DNA from: an uncultured delta proteobacterium
GTDB taxonomy: Bacteria > Myxococcota_A > UBA9160 > SZUA-336
Direction: 5' to 3'
Assembly (NCBI GenBank): GCA_963704165.1
Contig: CAVPHD010000003.1
Location: 32,001 to 96,000, forward strand
Length of the DNA stretch: 64,000 nt
The position numbers were made by a program, and so were the translations under genes. The notes below the pieces were generated by a model. It was not told where the DNA came from. It did no database searches and saw nothing but the letters and a program-made list of their open reading frames with translations. Positions 19,401 through 28,734 of this stretch are shown in pieces (within the stretch, counting starts at the first letter, position 1; every line of letters starts with the position of its first letter).

Positions 19401-20000
19401 GTTCACGCGCAGCAGGTTCTGCTCGGTCGCGCGAAGTTTGGACTCGGTCTCCTTGCGTCGCTGACGATACTTCCCGATCCCGGCGGCCTGCTCGAAGATC
19501 ACCCGCCGCTCCTCGGGCTTGCTCGAGACCAGATCGGCGATCTGCCCCTGCTCCACGATCGTGTACCCGCGCGTGCCGACGCCCGTGTCGAGGAAGAAGT
19601 CCAGCACGTCGCGCAACCGCACCGGAACCTTGTTGATCACGTACTCGCTCTCTCCGGAGCGGTAGAGCCGCCGCGCGACCTGGATTTCGGAGTAGGCGCC
19701 GTAGGGCGGCGCCGCGAGCCCGTCGGAATTGTCGAGCGTCAGCACCACCTCGCACATGCCGACGGCGGGCTTCTTCTCGGTTCCGGCGAAGATCAGGTCC
19801 TGCATGTCGCGGCCACGCAGGTGGCGCGGGTTGTGCTCGCCCATGACCCAGCGCAGTGCGTCGATGACGTTGGATTTTCCGCAACCGTTCGGGCCGACGA
19901 TCGCGGAGATGCCACGATCGAATGCGAAGACCGTTCGGTCCCCGAAGGATTTGAAACCCACGAGCTCTAGTGATCGGATCCGCAACCGAGCCCCGCCCAT
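16455..20000 (-). CDS. smc: Chromosome segregation protein SMC
   Basis: GFKSF, GPNGCGKSN, long coiled coils with a hinge, LSGGE, LDEVDAALD. Confidence 0.97.
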   Translation of the reverse strand: MGGARLRIRSLELVGFKSFGDRTVFAFDRGISAIVGPNGCGKSNVIDALRWVMGEHNPRHLRGRDMQDLIFAGTEKKPAVGMCEVVLTLDNSDGLAAPPYGAYSEIQVARRLYRSGESEYVINKVPVRLRDVLDFFLDTGVGTRGYTIVEQGQIADLVSSKPEERRVIFEQAAGIGKYRQRRKETESKLRATEQNLLRVNDILVELRRQISSLDRQAAKASRYKKLRAEQRVLELVVARETWRRDSAALGELSSSLEQLRADGAGLDARAGRADADLETTRRAHLDHERELGRESEALYQVRSSIQALESRIEYEKREREGLVSLADEREQELQEREVTLASDASALHDALARLAEIEARLVADEQELARRDLELREHAERLASAQGRREALHARLVELSGDEASMQAQAERLEERRDELELRIRETEEGLEESSVEVESLRSDELGLEGRLRLSLAEQDEFGRQLAEQLRGHERERERQRELVQELERARERLQHAHAQLESVRAIEKRATQAAAALLETLPEGERSRVRGLLTTAIRAEDGLEMAVEAVLANRLDGLLVESSDSALALLRHLREQGVGRATVLPLRAGPEGSGTGFVPMGRPLSDFVTAEPAIAAVVARLLRDVYLVDDLALPIERFGASNPPALFVTRAGEVLDRGGALTGGLGAPPGALSRAGEIRRFASELSELEPICASLASDLAAATTRVTGFEREIENTRNRRHTAELAVVNVEKDLERMRERGKHAQESLEEHRSGKHALLAQLEQVVEDRERALARRGDLALERARAESGRAELSVQLQQLARDLERVEQRVVQARIDLAELHSRRDQETKTRDRLQTAVEDARSWLSRRGDELRSSRERAAELARSVTQAGTQLDDEIRREEELRQRQDALRRKHEESGQAVEGFETEVRAVTRDREALRERIAACDLAVHDARMRCEQLSATIRERYELEIAGWEPAPGTVEGTPEEREAELERVRQALRSLGEVHLGAIEEYEEVAERNRYLSEQKADLELSIERLRGAIARINRTSRERFRETFEAIDTVFQTVFPKMFEGGRAHLSLTESDDVLEAGIEISAQPPGKKLQNVNLLSGGEKSLTAMSLLVAVFTVKPSPFFLLDEVDAALDDANANRFNTLLREMSKTSQFLMITHNKQSIEIADALFGVTMQEPGLSKLVTVDLVA

Positions 20001-20088
20001 TCAAAACCGCGCGGCCACGTCTGATCAGGGGAGGATCAGGGGGGTAGACAGGACCTGCGGTGGCATCGGAGGAATGCGAGTTTCGGCG

Positions 20089-20117
20089 AGGGTACCGACG
20101 AGGTCCGGGGCTGTAAA
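20089..20117 (-). promoter_or_regulatory. Putative sigma70 promoter of smc-ftsY
   Basis: TTTACA-17 nt-TACCCT in the intergenic region. Confidence 0.5.
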
Positions 20118-20131
20118 GGCTCGAATCGCTC

Positions 20132-21964
20132 TCAGGCGGCCGAGCGCTCCTGCACGGCGTACTGAAGCTGGTAGAGACGCCAGTACAGCCCGCGCTCCGC
20201 GAGCAACTCCTCGTGACGGCCCGATTCCCGCAGCTCGCCGTGGTGGAGGACGTAGATCCGATCGACGTCCTGGATCGTCGACAGCCGGTGTGCGACGACG
20301 ATCGAGGTCTTGCCCGCCATCAGCTTGTGAAGCGCGTCCTGGATCAGCGCCTCGGTCTCCGTATCGACGCTCGAGGTGGCCTCGTCGAGGAGCAGGATCT
20401 CGGGCTTCTGCGCGAGCGCCCGGGCGAACGAGAGCAGCTGCCGCTCACCGACCGAGAAGTTCTGGCCCCGTTCGTGAACCGGCTGGGCGAATCCCAGGGG
20501 AAGCCTCTCGACGAACTCCTCGAGGTGGACCGTCCGCGCCGCCGCCGCGATGTCCGCGTCGCTGATCTCCGCCCGGCCCAGGCTCACGTTGTAGGCGAGG
20601 TCACCGGTGAAGAGAAACACGTCCTGCAGGACGAAGGCGATGTGCCTGCGGAGCTCCGACCGGGGAATCTCGCGGATGTCCGTGCCGTCGATCGTGATCC
20701 GGCCGGACTGAGGCTCGTACATCCGGGCCAGCAGCTTCAAGACGGTGGTCTTGCCCGCGCCGGTGTGGCCGACCAGAGCGACCCGCTCGCCCGGTGCGAC
20801 GCGGAACGAGAGGTCTTTCAGAATCGGCTGCGCCTCGTAGGCGAAATTCACGTTCTCGAACACGATCTCGCCCCGGATCTCTCGCGGACCGGTCGCCGAC
20901 CCGGGCTCGTTCCGCTCGGCCTGCAGGTCGAAGAGCTGAAAGACGCGTTCCAGGCTGGCCATCGACGACTGCATCACCGAGTACTTCGCCGACAGGTCCT
21001 GCAGCGGGCGATAGAAGCGGCGCATCCAGTCGACGAAGAGCAGGAGATCACCGGGCCCGACCGCACCGATTCCGAGAAGCTTGGCTCCGTACCAGAGGAT
21101 GAAGGCCGTCGTCAGATTGCCAGCCAGCGAGATCGTCGCGGTCAACAGCGACTCGTACTGGATCGAGTTGAACCAGGCGTCGCGATGCTCGCGATTGATC
21201 GCCATGAACTCGTCGAGGTTGCGATTCTCGCGCGCGAAGAGCTGAACCACGCGCATGCCGGTGATGGTTTCCTGCAGGTGCGAGTTGATCCGCGCGATCT
21301 TCACGCGCACGACACGGAAGGCGTCGCGCACCTTCCAGCGAAACACGATCGCCGCTCCGGCCATCGCCGGCACGACGATCATCGCGACGATCGCGAGCCT
21401 CCAGTTCAGCCAGAAGAGAACGCCCGCGAACGCGGCCATCATGGCGAGATCGGCGATCAGCGCGATCAAGCCGGCGGAGAACATCTCGGACAGGTTCTCG
21501 ACGTCGTTGCCGAGCCGCGTCACGAGCCGGCCGACCGGGTAGCGGTCGAAGAAGCGCAGCGGCAGTCGCTGCACGTGATCGAAGAGGGAGTTGCGCAGCT
21601 GCAGCATCGCGCGCTGGCCCATCACCGCCATCGAGACCGAGCGCGTGAAGTCGACCATCGCTCCGACCGCAGCGACGGCCACGAAGACGAGCGCGAGCCA
21701 CGGGATCTCGCTCATGCCGGCAGGCGGCTCCGCCAGGAAGCGGAGCGACTGCAGGCCCGGGAACTCGTCGATTCCGGCCAGGTGATTCAGCGCCGCGCCG
21801 AAGAGCGACGCCGGAATCATCTCGAGCAGCGCGCGCAGCGGAATCAGCGCGGTTGCCGCGACGACCAATCTCCAATGCGGCCGCAGATACGGCCAGAGTC
21901 GACGGATCAGCTGCGCGTCGACGACCTTGCCGAGCAGCTCCTCTTCGTGCAATCCGGGAGTCAC
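20132..21964 (-). CDS. ABC exporter TMD-NBD subunit (MdlB/TmrA-like)
   Basis: TM domain; GHTGAGKT, non-canonical signature FSVGERQ, LLLDEAT. Confidence 0.9.
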   Translation of the reverse strand: MTPGLHEEELLGKVVDAQLIRRLWPYLRPHWRLVVAATALIPLRALLEMIPASLFGAALNHLAGIDEFPGLQSLRFLAEPPAGMSEIPWLALVFVAVAAVGAMVDFTRSVSMAVMGQRAMLQLRNSLFDHVQRLPLRFFDRYPVGRLVTRLGNDVENLSEMFSAGLIALIADLAMMAAFAGVLFWLNWRLAIVAMIVVPAMAGAAIVFRWKVRDAFRVVRVKIARINSHLQETITGMRVVQLFARENRNLDEFMAINREHRDAWFNSIQYESLLTATISLAGNLTTAFILWYGAKLLGIGAVGPGDLLLFVDWMRRFYRPLQDLSAKYSVMQSSMASLERVFQLFDLQAERNEPGSATGPREIRGEIVFENVNFAYEAQPILKDLSFRVAPGERVALVGHTGAGKTTVLKLLARMYEPQSGRITIDGTDIREIPRSELRRHIAFVLQDVFLFTGDLAYNVSLGRAEISDADIAAAARTVHLEEFVERLPLGFAQPVHERGQNFSVGERQLLSFARALAQKPEILLLDEATSSVDTETEALIQDALHKLMAGKTSIVVAHRLSTIQDVDRIYVLHHGELRESGRHEELLAERGLYWRLYQLQYAVQERSAA

Positions 21965-23712
21965 GCCGCCGATTCCTCGAGCTCCGCCTCGAGCTGCTGC
22001 TGGCGATGGGTCCTGGCGTAGAGGCCGCCGCGCGCGACCAGCGCCGAGTGCGTACCCTGCTCCGCGATCCGTCCCTCGTCGAGCACCAGGATGAGGTCGG
22101 CATCGCGCACCGCCGAGAGCCGGTGCGCCACGATGAAGCAGGTGCGATCGACGCGTGCGGCCCGCAGCTCCTTCAGGATTCCCTCTTCGGTCGCGGCATC
22201 CACGCTCGAGAGGGCGTCGTCGAGAATCAGGATCGCGGGATCGAGCGCGAGCGCGCGAGCGAGCGCGATCCGCTGCCGCTGGCCACCCGAGAGCGTGATC
22301 CCCCGCTCACCGACGACGGTGTCGAAGCCGTCCGGGAACTCCTCGATGTCCTCGAGCACGTGCGCGCGCCGTGCAGCCTCGCGCACGTGCGCGCGATCCC
22401 GATCCGGGCAGCCGAAGCGGATGTTCTCTTCGATCGTGGTCGAGAACAGGAAGCTGTCCTGGGGCACGACCGCGCAGCTCGAGCGCAGGAGCGCGAGCGG
22501 GATGCGGTTCACGTCGTTCCCGTCGATCAGCACCGAGCCGTCGGAAACCTCGAGCAGTCGCGGAATCGCGGCGACGAGCGTGCTCTTGCCCGAGCCGACC
22601 TGTCCGACGATGCCGACGGTCTGGCCCGGCTCGACGCGGAACGACACGCCCGCGAGCGCCGGCCGATCGCTTCGGCCGGGAAACGAGAAGCGCAGCTCGC
22701 AGAGCTCGACCGCACCGCCGATGCGCGCGATCGGCAGCAGGTCGCTGCGGTCGCGGATCGACGGCACGACGTCGAGAATCTCGCCGAGCCGCTCCAGACC
22801 GGCCATACCGCGCTGCACGACGTTGATCACCCAGCCGATCATGAATGTCGGGAACGTCAGCTGGATCGTGTACAGGTAGAAGAGCCAGAGATCGGCCGTC
22901 TGGAGCCGTCCGCCGATCACACCGTAGGATCCGGCCGCGAGCACACCGATCTGAGCCAGGATCGGCAACATCTGAATCGTCGTCATCATGCCGGTGTTGA
23001 GGACCGAGAGATGGAGCATGCGCCGGTAGAGCGCGTGCGCCTCGACACCGAATCGCTCGCGTTCCCGGTCCTCCATCGCGTTCGAGCGCACGACGAATAC
23101 GCCCGCTGCGTTCTCCTGCACGGCCGAGGAGAGCTGACCGAGCTGCTCCTGCGCCGAAATCATCGCCTGGTGCATGCGTCGTCCGAAGAAGCGCGCGACG
23201 CCGATGAAGAGCGGATACGGCGAGAGCACCCAGAGCGTGAGCTGCCAGTCGACGTGCAGCATGACCGCGATCGCGCCCAGGTAGAGAACGGGCGTCTGGA
23301 CGATGTTCATCAAGCCCATGCCGAGGAACAGGCGAACGTTGTTCACGTCGTTCACCGCGCGCGACATCAGATCGCCGGTTCGCTGACCCGCGAAGTACGA
23401 CTGCGGCATGCGCTGCAGATGAGAGAACAGCTCCCCGCGCAGTCGGTACTCGATCTCGCGCGCGGCCATGAACAGGACACTTCGCGAGGCGAACGAGAGC
23501 AGAGCGAAGACCACCGCCACGGCGACGAGGACGAGCGCGGCGCCCGTCACCGTCTCGGAGGGCGTCGGCTTCGAGATCTCGGTCACCACGTCGCGTACGG
23601 CGAGCGGAACCATCTGGAAGACGATCGAGTAGGCAACCGTCAACGCCGCGCCGATCGCGTAGCGCCCGCGGAACTGGCGGACGTAGGCCGCAACGCGTTC
23701 TCTCGGGGTCAA
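21961..23712 (-). CDS. ABC exporter TMD-NBD subunit (MdlA/TmrB-like); probable heterodimer partner
   Basis: GQVGSGKS, LSGGQRQR, degenerate Walker B ILILDDALS; overlaps the partner gene. Confidence 0.9.
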   Translation of the reverse strand: MTPRERVAAYVRQFRGRYAIGAALTVAYSIVFQMVPLAVRDVVTEISKPTPSETVTGAALVLVAVAVVFALLSFASRSVLFMAAREIEYRLRGELFSHLQRMPQSYFAGQRTGDLMSRAVNDVNNVRLFLGMGLMNIVQTPVLYLGAIAVMLHVDWQLTLWVLSPYPLFIGVARFFGRRMHQAMISAQEQLGQLSSAVQENAAGVFVVRSNAMEDRERERFGVEAHALYRRMLHLSVLNTGMMTTIQMLPILAQIGVLAAGSYGVIGGRLQTADLWLFYLYTIQLTFPTFMIGWVINVVQRGMAGLERLGEILDVVPSIRDRSDLLPIARIGGAVELCELRFSFPGRSDRPALAGVSFRVEPGQTVGIVGQVGSGKSTLVAAIPRLLEVSDGSVLIDGNDVNRIPLALLRSSCAVVPQDSFLFSTTIEENIRFGCPDRDRAHVREAARRAHVLEDIEEFPDGFDTVVGERGITLSGGQRQRIALARALALDPAILILDDALSSVDAATEEGILKELRAARVDRTCFIVAHRLSAVRDADLILVLDEGRIAEQGTHSALVARGGLYARTHRQQQLEAELEESAA

Positions 23713-23772
23713 GCCAGCTCCCTGGGGGCGTTCAAGGTTACCACAAGGCAGATTGGCCTCGGGCCGCGCGCG

Positions 23773-24471
23773 TTACGCAGCCGGGCGCCGACGGTACCAG
23801 CGGGCGATCCGGCCGCGCTCCAGATCGAGCAGGTAGCCCGCCAGCGCGGCGTTGTTGCGCAGGATCTGGCGCAGCACGCCGTTGCGCGCGTAGCGGCGAG
23901 CGGAGGTCCACACGCGTTCGCGCAGCAGAGCGAGTCGCCCGCTGCGCTTGATCAGACCGACGAGATCCAGATCCTCGAAGATCGGCACGGGGCGGATGCC
24001 TCCGGCCCGATCGAGAACGACCTTCCGGACGAACAGCGCCTGATCGCCGTAGGGCAGTCCGCCGAAGCGCGAGCGCAGCTCGACACCCTTCTCCATCAGT
24101 CGGTAGAGCAGCCCAGGCGCCTCGAAGCGAAGCCGGAACGCGCCGCCCGAAACGCCAGGGTCGTCGAGCGAACGCCGAACCGCCTCGGCCCAGTTCGGCT
24201 CGAGCCACGTGTCGGCGTGCAGGAAGAGCACGATCTCGCCCGACGCCTCTCGGTAACCCGCGTCCATCTGGTGGGCACGTCCGGGCAGTGCCTGGATCAC
24301 CTTCTCGGCCCGAAGAAATCGGGCCGTCTGGCTGGTTCCGTCGCTGGAGTTGGCGTCGACGACGATCCGCTCGACCCCGGTCGCACCCGTGCACGCGAGC
24401 GCCCGCTCGATTCGCGTTTGCTCGTTGAGGGTCGGGATGACTACGCTGATCTCGACGCGAGCGGGGCGCAC
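23773..24471 (-). CDS. GT2 glycosyltransferase, TIGR04283-like
   Basis: ISVVIPTLNE, GRAHQMDAG, LFLHADT, YGDQALF, IFED, TSARRY. Confidence 0.85.
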   Translation of the reverse strand: MRPARVEISVVIPTLNEQTRIERALACTGATGVERIVVDANSSDGTSQTARFLRAEKVIQALPGRAHQMDAGYREASGEIVLFLHADTWLEPNWAEAVRRSLDDPGVSGGAFRLRFEAPGLLYRLMEKGVELRSRFGGLPYGDQALFVRKVVLDRAGGIRPVPIFEDLDLVGLIKRSGRLALLRERVWTSARRYARNGVLRQILRNNAALAGYLLDLERGRIARWYRRRPAA

Positions 24472-24543
24472 GCCCCGATGGTGCTCGCGCGCGGTGCCCG
24501 CGACAAGGGCTCGCGCGAGCGAGCCGAGGAATGGAGGCCGTTC

Positions 24544-25869
24544 ATGACCACGCAGCGCTCAGACGTACTGGTGCTGGGCAGCTCGCTCGGGGGTCTGGTC
24601 AGCGCGACCTACCTGGCGCACGCGGGTCTGCGCGTGGTGCTCGTCGAGGAGGAGTGCCTGGCCAAGCGCCCTCCGCTCCTGCGCGAGCCATTTGCGCTTT
24701 CGGGTCTCGAGTCCGGCGGCGCGGCACAGCAGGTGATGCGTGAGCTCGCGCTGCCTCTGATCGAGCAGCGCAAGGTCGCGCAGCGCGAGGTCTCGCTCCA
24801 GGTCCTGCTACCGCATGCCCGCATCGACGTACACGCTGGCCGGCGCGAGCTCGCTCGCGAGCTCGCGGCCTATCAGCTCTGCGAACCCGACGAGGCGCGA
24901 GCCTTCTTCGAGGCCGCCGACGCGCGCGGCGACGAGATGCGCATGCGGCTCCACGAGCGCGAACCCGACGAGCCACGTGGTGCGTTCATGCGCCGACTCC
25001 TCGCGCGGGCGACGCGCGGCGCTCCGTCGGATGCGGCCCTCGGGCCGATTCCCGCCGGGCTCGAAGCCGTCGTCGGTGCGATCGCCGCCGGGCTCTCGCG
25101 GCTCGTGCCGAACGCGCCGCTCGGACGCGATGCGGCACTCCTGCTGCGCGGGACGCGCGACGGGGGCTTCTTCATGCCGGACGCCGGGTCGCCGTTCCTC
25201 GACCTGTTCCGGCGGCGGTTGCTCGCCCTGCACGGCGAGATCCGCTCGACCGCCGAGTTCGCGCTCGTGAGCGAGCGCGGAGACCTCGGCCTGGAACTCT
25301 CCCGTGGCCGACTTCTCGCGCGCGCGATCGTGCTCGCGGCGCCGCTCGAGCTGATCCGGCGCATGGCCACGGAAACCGGCTCGGCGCCTCGCTGGCTCCC
25401 GGCTCGAACGCCTCCGATCGACATGACGGCGCGGCTCTTCCGCGCCGAGCCCGACAGCCTGCCGGTCGGTCTCGCCGCCCGCGCGGTGGTCGCCCCGGGT
25501 TCACCCGAGGCGATGCACTGGCTGGCCCGACACGCGGACCCGATTCAGAAGGGGGTCGAGTGGGTCCTCGTCGGCGGCCCCGGTGCCTCCCGGCTGCCCG
25601 CCGACCTGCCACTGGGTGATCTCAGTCCGTTTCCGGGCGGAGGGCTCACCCCGGTCGACCTGGGCACCCCGCCTCGCTGGGACCGCGACGCCGTCGACCA
25701 CCGGTTCCTCGCCCCCCGCAGTGGAGGGAACCTGCGCGGCAAGCCGCCCGTGGTCGCGGTCGGCGCCGAAGTCGCACCCGGGCTCGGCTTCGAGGGAGAG
25801 CTGCTCCTGGCCCGGCGCGCGGCCTTGCAGCTGGCCGAACGGCTCGGCGCGCGGCGCGGTCTGGCATGA
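24544..25869 (+). CDS. Divergent FAD/NAD(P)-binding protein (phytoene-dehydrogenase-like N-terminus)
   Basis: [30 protein letters not shown]ossmann-like motif; remainder unrecognised. Confidence 0.6.
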   Translation: MTTQRSDVLVLGSSLGGLVSATYLAHAGLRVVLVEEECLAKRPPLLREPFALSGLESGGAAQQVMRELALPLIEQRKVAQREVSLQVLLPHARIDVHAGRRELARELAAYQLCEPDEARAFFEAADARGDEMRMRLHEREPDEPRGAFMRRLLARATRGAPSDAALGPIPAGLEAVVGAIAAGLSRLVPNAPLGRDAALLLRGTRDGGFFMPDAGSPFLDLFRRRLLALHGEIRSTAEFALVSERGDLGLELSRGRLLARAIVLAAPLELIRRMATETGSAPRWLPARTPPIDMTARLFRAEPDSLPVGLAARAVVAPGSPEAMHWLARHADPIQKGVEWVLVGGPGASRLPADLPLGDLSPFPGGGLTPVDLGTPPRWDRDAVDHRFLAPRSGGNLRGKPPVVAVGAEVAPGLGFEGELLLARRAALQLAERLGARRGLA

Positions 25870-25922
25870 CAGAAGGAGAGGCATTTGGTACAAGCCCCCC
25901 CGGCGCCAACAAGGACCGAACC

Positions 25923-26114
25923 ATGGCATTTTCCTGTGATCTCTGCGGCAAGCGACCCTCGACCGGCAACACCGTGAGCCACGCGAACAACAAGTCGCGA
26001 CGGCGCTTTCTGCCGAACCTGAAGAGCGTGCGTGCGAACGTCTCCGGTCGGGTGCGGAAGCTGCGCGTGTGCACGCAGTGCATCCGCTCGGGGAAAGTCA
26101 CCAAGGTCGCCTGA
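25923..26114 (+). CDS. rpmB: 50S ribosomal protein L28 (Zn-ribbon type)
   Basis: [25 protein letters not shown]...CTQC; AGGA RBS. Confidence 0.97.
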   Translation: MAFSCDLCGKRPSTGNTVSHANNKSRRRFLPNLKSVRANVSGRVRKLRVCTQCIRSGKVTKVA

Positions 26115-26120
26115 GCGCAC

Positions 26121-27986
26121 GTGCCGGAGCCGGCCGCGCGCGACACGAAGTCCGTCTTCAGGCTGCTCAGCTACGCCCGTCCCTACGCGTGGATCGTCGC
26201 CATCGTGATCCTCTTCTCGCTGCTCTACGGCGGTGGCTTGACGGGTCGGGCCTTCATCTTGAAGGGCCTCGTCGATGACGTGGCGCTCGAGAACGCGCGC
26301 GTCGATTCACTCAAAGAGCTGCTCGACCGACCCGCGGCCAAGGATCTCGATCAGCGGAAGCTGCGAGCCGAGCGCCGCGAGCTCAAGGCCAACGTTCGCA
26401 AGAATCTGGGTCGCACCGCCCTCGCCGGGTTGATGCTGATCCTGGTGATGCCGCTCGTGCGGCTGGTCCGTGACTTCGCCTCGGAATGGGTGATGGCTCG
26501 TGTGCTCGTGGACATGCAACACGACATCGCCACGAAGCTCCTCCAGCTACCGCTCTCCCATCACCAGCGAGATTCACGAGGTGAGTCGATCACTCGACTC
26601 ACGAGTGACACTGGGATCGCGAACCGACTTCAGTCGATGATCTACGGCGACTTTCTCGAAGACCTCGGCGTGGTGGTCATCGCGGTCACGGCCGCGGCAT
26701 TTCTCTCCTGGCAGCTGACGCTGGCGCTGCTCGTGATCGGCCCGCCGATCGCGATCGTGCTTTCGATCTTCGGTGCCCGCATCCGCAAGGCGAGCCGGCG
26801 CCGGCAGCAACAGGTTTCCGAGGTCATGCAGCGGATCGTGCAGATCCTGTCCGGGATCAAGGTGATCAAGGCCTTCGGTGCGGAGCGGCTCGAGAGCGAA
26901 GCGTTCAAGCGCGAGGTGATGCGGTACTTCCGGCGCGCGATGACCGTGGTGAGAAACCGCGTGTACTCTCGCGCGCTCGTCGAGTTCATCTCGCAAGGCG
27001 TGATGCTAGCGGTCGTGTTCCTGGGCATCTGGGCGGTGATCGGCGAGTTCTGGGATCTCACGCTCGGCACTCTGATGGCGTTCACGTTCGTCTCGGGAAG
27101 TCTGTACCGCCCGACGAAGGCGCTCGCCCAGGTCTGGAATAGCATCCACGACGCCCTGCCCTCCGCCGAGCGCATCTTCGAGGTGATCGACGCCGAGGAG
27201 GAGGTGCGGGACGAGCCCGGCGCGGTGGCGATCTCGCGACTTTCCGCGGGCATCGTCTTCCGCGACGTCGTCTTCCACTACGGCCGCGAAGAGGTCCTGC
27301 GCGGGCTCGATCTGGAGATCCCGGCCGGCCAGACCGTCGCGCTCGTCGGCCCGACCGGCGCCGGAAAGACCACGATCGCAGACCTGGTCTTGCGCTTCCA
27401 CACTCCGGAGTCCGGGACCATCGAGTTCGACGGAGTCGATGCAAGGCGGATCGCACGTGGCTCGCTGCGCGACATGTGCGCGGTCGTGACACAGGACCCA
27501 TTCCTCTTCGACACGACGATTCTCGAGAACATCCGCTATGGACGACCCGAAGCGGGCTTCGCGGAGGTGGTCGAAGCGGCGCGTGCCGCGAACGCCCACG
27601 ACTTCATCGAGAAGCTCCCGCAGGGATACGAAACGGAGGTGGGCGAGCTCGGCGGTCAGCTCTCGGGCGGTCAGCGGCAGCGCGTCACGATCGCTCGCGC
27701 GATCCTGCGGGATCCGCAGATCCTGATTCTCGACGAGCCGACTTCTGCGCTCGACGCGAAATCGGAACAGGTCGTTCAGGAAGCCATCTCGAATCTCATG
27801 AAGGGGCGCACGGTGATCGTGATCGCGCACCGCCTCGCGACCGTGCAGTCGGCCGACAAGATCGCCGTACTCGAGAACGGCAAGATCACCATGACCGGAA
27901 CTCACGAGGAGCTCGTTGCACGTGGTGGGCTGTACCAGGAGCTCGTGAATCTTCAGTTCGCCGAGGGGTCCACAGGCAGCGGCTGA
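26121..27986 (+). CDS. msbA: MsbA-like ABC exporter (probable lipid A flippase)
   Basis: TMD plus GPTGAGKT, LSGGQRQR, ILDEPTSALD. Confidence 0.7.
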   Translation: MPEPAARDTKSVFRLLSYARPYAWIVAIVILFSLLYGGGLTGRAFILKGLVDDVALENARVDSLKELLDRPAAKDLDQRKLRAERRELKANVRKNLGRTALAGLMLILVMPLVRLVRDFASEWVMARVLVDMQHDIATKLLQLPLSHHQRDSRGESITRLTSDTGIANRLQSMIYGDFLEDLGVVVIAVTAAAFLSWQLTLALLVIGPPIAIVLSIFGARIRKASRRRQQQVSEVMQRIVQILSGIKVIKAFGAERLESEAFKREVMRYFRRAMTVVRNRVYSRALVEFISQGVMLAVVFLGIWAVIGEFWDLTLGTLMAFTFVSGSLYRPTKALAQVWNSIHDALPSAERIFEVIDAEEEVRDEPGAVAISRLSAGIVFRDVVFHYGREEVLRGLDLEIPAGQTVALVGPTGAGKTTIADLVLRFHTPESGTIEFDGVDARRIARGSLRDMCAVVTQDPFLFDTTILENIRYGRPEAGFAEVVEAARAANAHDFIEKLPQGYETEVGELGGQLSGGQRQRVTIARAILRDPQILILDEPTSALDAKSEQVVQEAISNLMKGRTVIVIAHRLATVQSADKIAVLENGKITMTGTHEELVARGGLYQELVNLQFAEGSTGSG

Positions 27987-27993
27987 CTCCAAC

Positions 27994-28728
27994 TCACCCG
28001 GTCTCTCTGGCACGGCGGCGCCCGTACTCGATCCATGCCATGACTGAAAGCGCACCGACGGTGAACCAGAGAAGCGCATAGCCGCGGTGATCCACGGGAC
28101 TCACGGGCCGAGCCGGCTCCCCGATCGGAAGTCCGCCCGACTCGGGCTCGACCGATTGCACCATGACCGCCGCGAGCCGATACGGAACCTGGCCGTTGAG
28201 CTTCGCGACGAGACTCGGACGATCGGGGCTGAAGCGCGGGAAGTGCGTCCGACGCTGCGCGCGAGAGCCGGGAACCGCTTCACGCAGCGCAAGCGGAAGC
28301 ACGAGCCCGGTCACGGTCATCACAGCGCCCTCTCCGGTCTCCGTCGGCATGAAACGCGGCGTTTCCGCCTGTGGAATCCATCCGCGATCGACGAGCACCC
28401 GTGGGGCGTCCGCTGACTCGCCTTCTCGGTGGAGCGGCGTGAACACGCGCGCACCGAGCGCATGGCCTCGCTCCACGGGCCCGACCAGGATCGTATCGGA
28501 AAGCTCGAGCCGGCCGCGGATCGTGGTGCGGCGGAACGCGTAGCCGTCCGGCTCCTTCCCAGCCTCCGCGATCTCGACCGACGGCAGCTCGATCCTCGCG
28601 CTCTTCTCGGCGAGATCCGCCGTGCGCCAGAGATGACGGCGAACCTGCCAGGTGCCGAGCGAGCAGAACGCGAGCACAGCGACGAGCGTGATCACCGTGG
28701 GGCCGCGGCCGGGACGAAAACCGGACAC
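27994..28728 (-). CDS. SURF1/Shy1 family oxidase assembly protein
   Basis: LGTWQVRR, VFTPL, VLVDRGWIP, HRGYALLWF. Confidence 0.92.
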   Translation of the reverse strand: MSGFRPGRGPTVITLVAVLAFCSLGTWQVRRHLWRTADLAEKSARIELPSVEIAEAGKEPDGYAFRRTTIRGRLELSDTILVGPVERGHALGARVFTPLHREGESADAPRVLVDRGWIPQAETPRFMPTETGEGAVMTVTGLVLPLALREAVPGSRAQRRTHFPRFSPDRPSLVAKLNGQVPYRLAAVMVQSVEPESGGLPIGEPARPVSPVDHRGYALLWFTVGALSVMAWIEYGRRRARETG

Positions 28729-28734
28729 AGCGTC

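Noticed and set aside
21853..25869. 1338-aa plus-strand ORF
   Set aside because: The first ~900 aa are an antisense shadow of the ABC exporter and glycosyltransferase genes; only 24544-25869 looks coding.
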